Assembly: GCA_965248355.1 (NCBI GenBank)
Contig: OZ252098.1
Location: forward strand, 3,712,001 to 3,776,000
Length of the DNA stretch: 64,000 nt
Direction of reading: 5' to 3'
From: Candidatus Latescibacterota bacterium
GTDB taxonomy: Bacteria; Latescibacterota; UBA2968; UBA8231
The notes below the pieces were generated by a model. That model had not been told where the DNA came from. It did not search any database and saw only the letters and a program-made list of their open reading frames with translations. Shown here one piece after another: positions 62,625-64,000 of this stretch (positions within the stretch are counted from its first letter, which is position 1; every line of letters starts with the position of its first letter). The position numbers and the translations under genes were made by a program.

Positions 62625-63227
62625 TCATGGGAGTGTATTCAAATGGTCCCGCAAGCGCGCCGCCTCCTCGTAGGCCTCCTCGGCGATGGCTCGGCGCAGC
62701 CGCTTTTCCAATTGCTGTCTTTCCGTCAGGCGGGGCTCGGAGTCGGCCAGGAGCTCTCCGAGGCTGACCAGGCCTTTCGGAGGGTCGGCCTCCCCCACCC
62801 CGTTGTTCGGCGGGGGGTCGTCTTCCTCGTCCCAGCTCTCCGTGTCCGGTTCGAGAACGTCCTCGTCGGCAAAGATCGGAGCGCCGGCGCGCAGCGCAAG
62901 GGCGATGGCGTCGGACGGGCGTGAGTCGACCACGAGCTCGCGGCCCTCGTCGTCGATGAGCCGGATCTCGGCGTAATAGATGCCGTCCTGCAGACGGGTG
63001 ATGGCCACCTGTCGGACGCTGGCGCCGGCCTCCTCCAACAAGGACTTGGCCATGTCGTAGCTGAGTGGCCTCGGAGCCTTCTGACCACGGTGCGCCTGGG
63101 AGATGGCGCGCGCCTCGGAAGGGCCGATGACGATGTGGAGATTGCCGTCGCCCTTCTTGGCTCGCAGAAGGACGCGGTGATAGGCCCGGGAGGATACCTG
63201 AACCTGGTGAACTTCCATTTCAACCAT
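62625..63227 (-). CDS. Bifunctional nuclease (DUF151) with C-terminal UVR domain
   Basis: IVIGPSEARAI, RPLSYDM, DSRPSDAIALA; UVR LRRAI..EAYEEAARLRD. Confidence 0.9.
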   Translation of the reverse strand: MVEMEVHQVQVSSRAYHRVLLRAKKGDGNLHIVIGPSEARAISQAHRGQKAPRPLSYDMAKSLLEEAGASVRQVAITRLQDGIYYAEIRLIDDEGRELVVDSRPSDAIALALRAGAPIFADEDVLEPDTESWDEEDDPPPNNGVGEADPPKGLVSLGELLADSEPRLTERQQLEKRLRRAIAEEAYEEAARLRDHLNTLP

Positions 63228-63259
63228 GGTTCAATCTCCTACCTCCATCGGGGGATGGA

Positions 63260-63295
63260 GGCGTGAATATAGCACGCCGAAAAAAGCACTGTCAA
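63260..63295 (-). promoter_or_regulatory. Putative promoter of the DUF151 pair
   Basis: TTGACA (63290-63295), 18 bp, TATATT (63266-63271) with extended TGn; inverted repeat GGCGTG-N7-CACGCC brackets the -10. Confidence 0.6.
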
Positions 63296-63342
63296 CCAAT
63301 GGGCAAGTTCTTGTAAATATGGAAGCTGCGTTGCGAAGGCCG

Positions 63343-63507
63343 TCATGTTTCCGGTCTGTCTCCGGGCCCCTGAAGGCGGTTTTCCAACTCCCGCAGAGAT
63401 CGCCACAACTCTCGGTCCCGGCGCCGGAGCCGGTCCAGGTAGAGGGCCAGCAGAAGGAAGAACGCACCGTAGGCGATGCCCAGGTAGATGAGGCCGGTGT
63501 TCTCCAA
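63343..63507 (-). CDS. ccmD: Heme exporter protein D
   Basis: 54-aa single-TM protein (YLGIAY...) with a charged tail, directly after ccmC; GAGGAGG RBS and TTG start. Confidence 0.75.
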   Translation of the reverse strand: MENTGLIYLGIAYGAFFLLLALYLDRLRRRDRELWRSLRELENRLQGPGDRPET

Positions 63508-63521
63508 GGCGGATCCTCCTC

Positions 63522-64000
63522 TCAGCCGGATCCGGCATGTAGCCGAAGGTGGCGCAGCCGGGCGGCCAGCCGTGCCTGGCTGAGCCGCAGCCGCATGAGG
63601 TGCAGGAAGAGACAGCCGAAGGCGGCGTAGCAAAGGTATTTCGTGTGGGCCATGGCCGGAGCCAGTTCGATCCCGGGCGGGTGGAGTTGCTGCGCTTTGG
63701 ACCACATGTGGACCGAGAAGTGCACGAGTGGAACGTTGGCGAAGGCGACGATTCCGACGACCGCTGCGATGCGCTGGCTCCGTTCCCCCGGTTCGCCGTA
63801 GGCGCGCACCATCAGATAGGCGATGTAGATCGTGAAAGTAATGAGCATCGTCGTCAGACGAGGCTCCCAGCGCCAGAACACCCCCCAGACCGGCTTGGCC
63901 CACAACGGCCCGCTGATGAGGACGAAGAGGGAGAACAGGACCCCGAGTTCGGCGCTGGCGCTGGCGAAACGATCCCACTCGTCACGGCGGCTCTTCAGGT
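63522..64000 (-). CDS. ccmC: Heme exporter protein C (partial, 5' end outside window)
   Basis: WWD motif WAKPVWGVFWRWEPRLT followed by a conserved His (LHP). Confidence 0.9.
   Translation of the reverse strand, partial: LKSRRDEWDRFASASAELGVLFSLFVLISGPLWAKPVWGVFWRWEPRLTTMLITFTIYIAYLMVRAYGEPGERSQRIAAVVGIVAFANVPLVHFSVHMWSKAQQLHPPGIELAPAMAHTKYLCYAAFGCLFLHLMRLRLSQARLAARLRHLRLHAGSG

Overview
High-GC bacterial chromosome window spanning the replication origin. The FCB-type sigma-70 and the many PhyH, Gfo/Idh/MocA, amidohydrolase and sulfatase genes suggest an FCB-group lineage such as Latescibacterota; this is inference only. Left (1-13.5 kb): catabolic cluster of four PhyH-family oxygenases, two amidohydrolases, two Gfo/Idh/MocA oxidoreductases, a CocE hydrolase, an enolase-superfamily enzyme, two ABC-2 permeases and msrA. 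Next is a minus-strand run, in coordinate order: sigma-70, Fic, 3'-5' exonuclease, purM, addA, addB, aspartokinase, sulfatase, fumC, sugar ABC transporter, three tRNAs, gyrA, gyrB, dciA, recF, dnaN, oriC, dnaA. Right of the origin, on the plus strand: rpmH-rnpA-yidD-yidC-mnmE, two parS sites, rsmG, a second DnaA-box cluster, a CDP-alcohol phosphatidyltransferase, tmk, an S41 protease, RNase E/G, rplU-rpmA, frdABCD and sucCD. The window ends with a minus-strand block: PufC-like dihaem cytochrome, two glycosyltransferases, a lipoprotein, two DUF151-UVR nucleases, ccmD and partial ccmC. No CRISPR, rRNA, integrase or transposase was seen. Best candidates for undescribed biology: (1) a degenerate Fic-HTH gene bracketed by a 15-bp inverted repeat, directly upstream of a sigma factor; (2) AddB and a stand-alone 3'-5' exonuclease that each carry a beta-clamp-binding-like motif; (3) a gyrase substituted at the main quinolone and aminocoumarin contact residues; (4) a second DnaA-box cluster and parS pair about 6 kb from oriC; (5) a PhyH enzyme lacking the iron-binding carboxylate (halogenase-like). 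All calls come from reading motifs by eye; no database searches were run.
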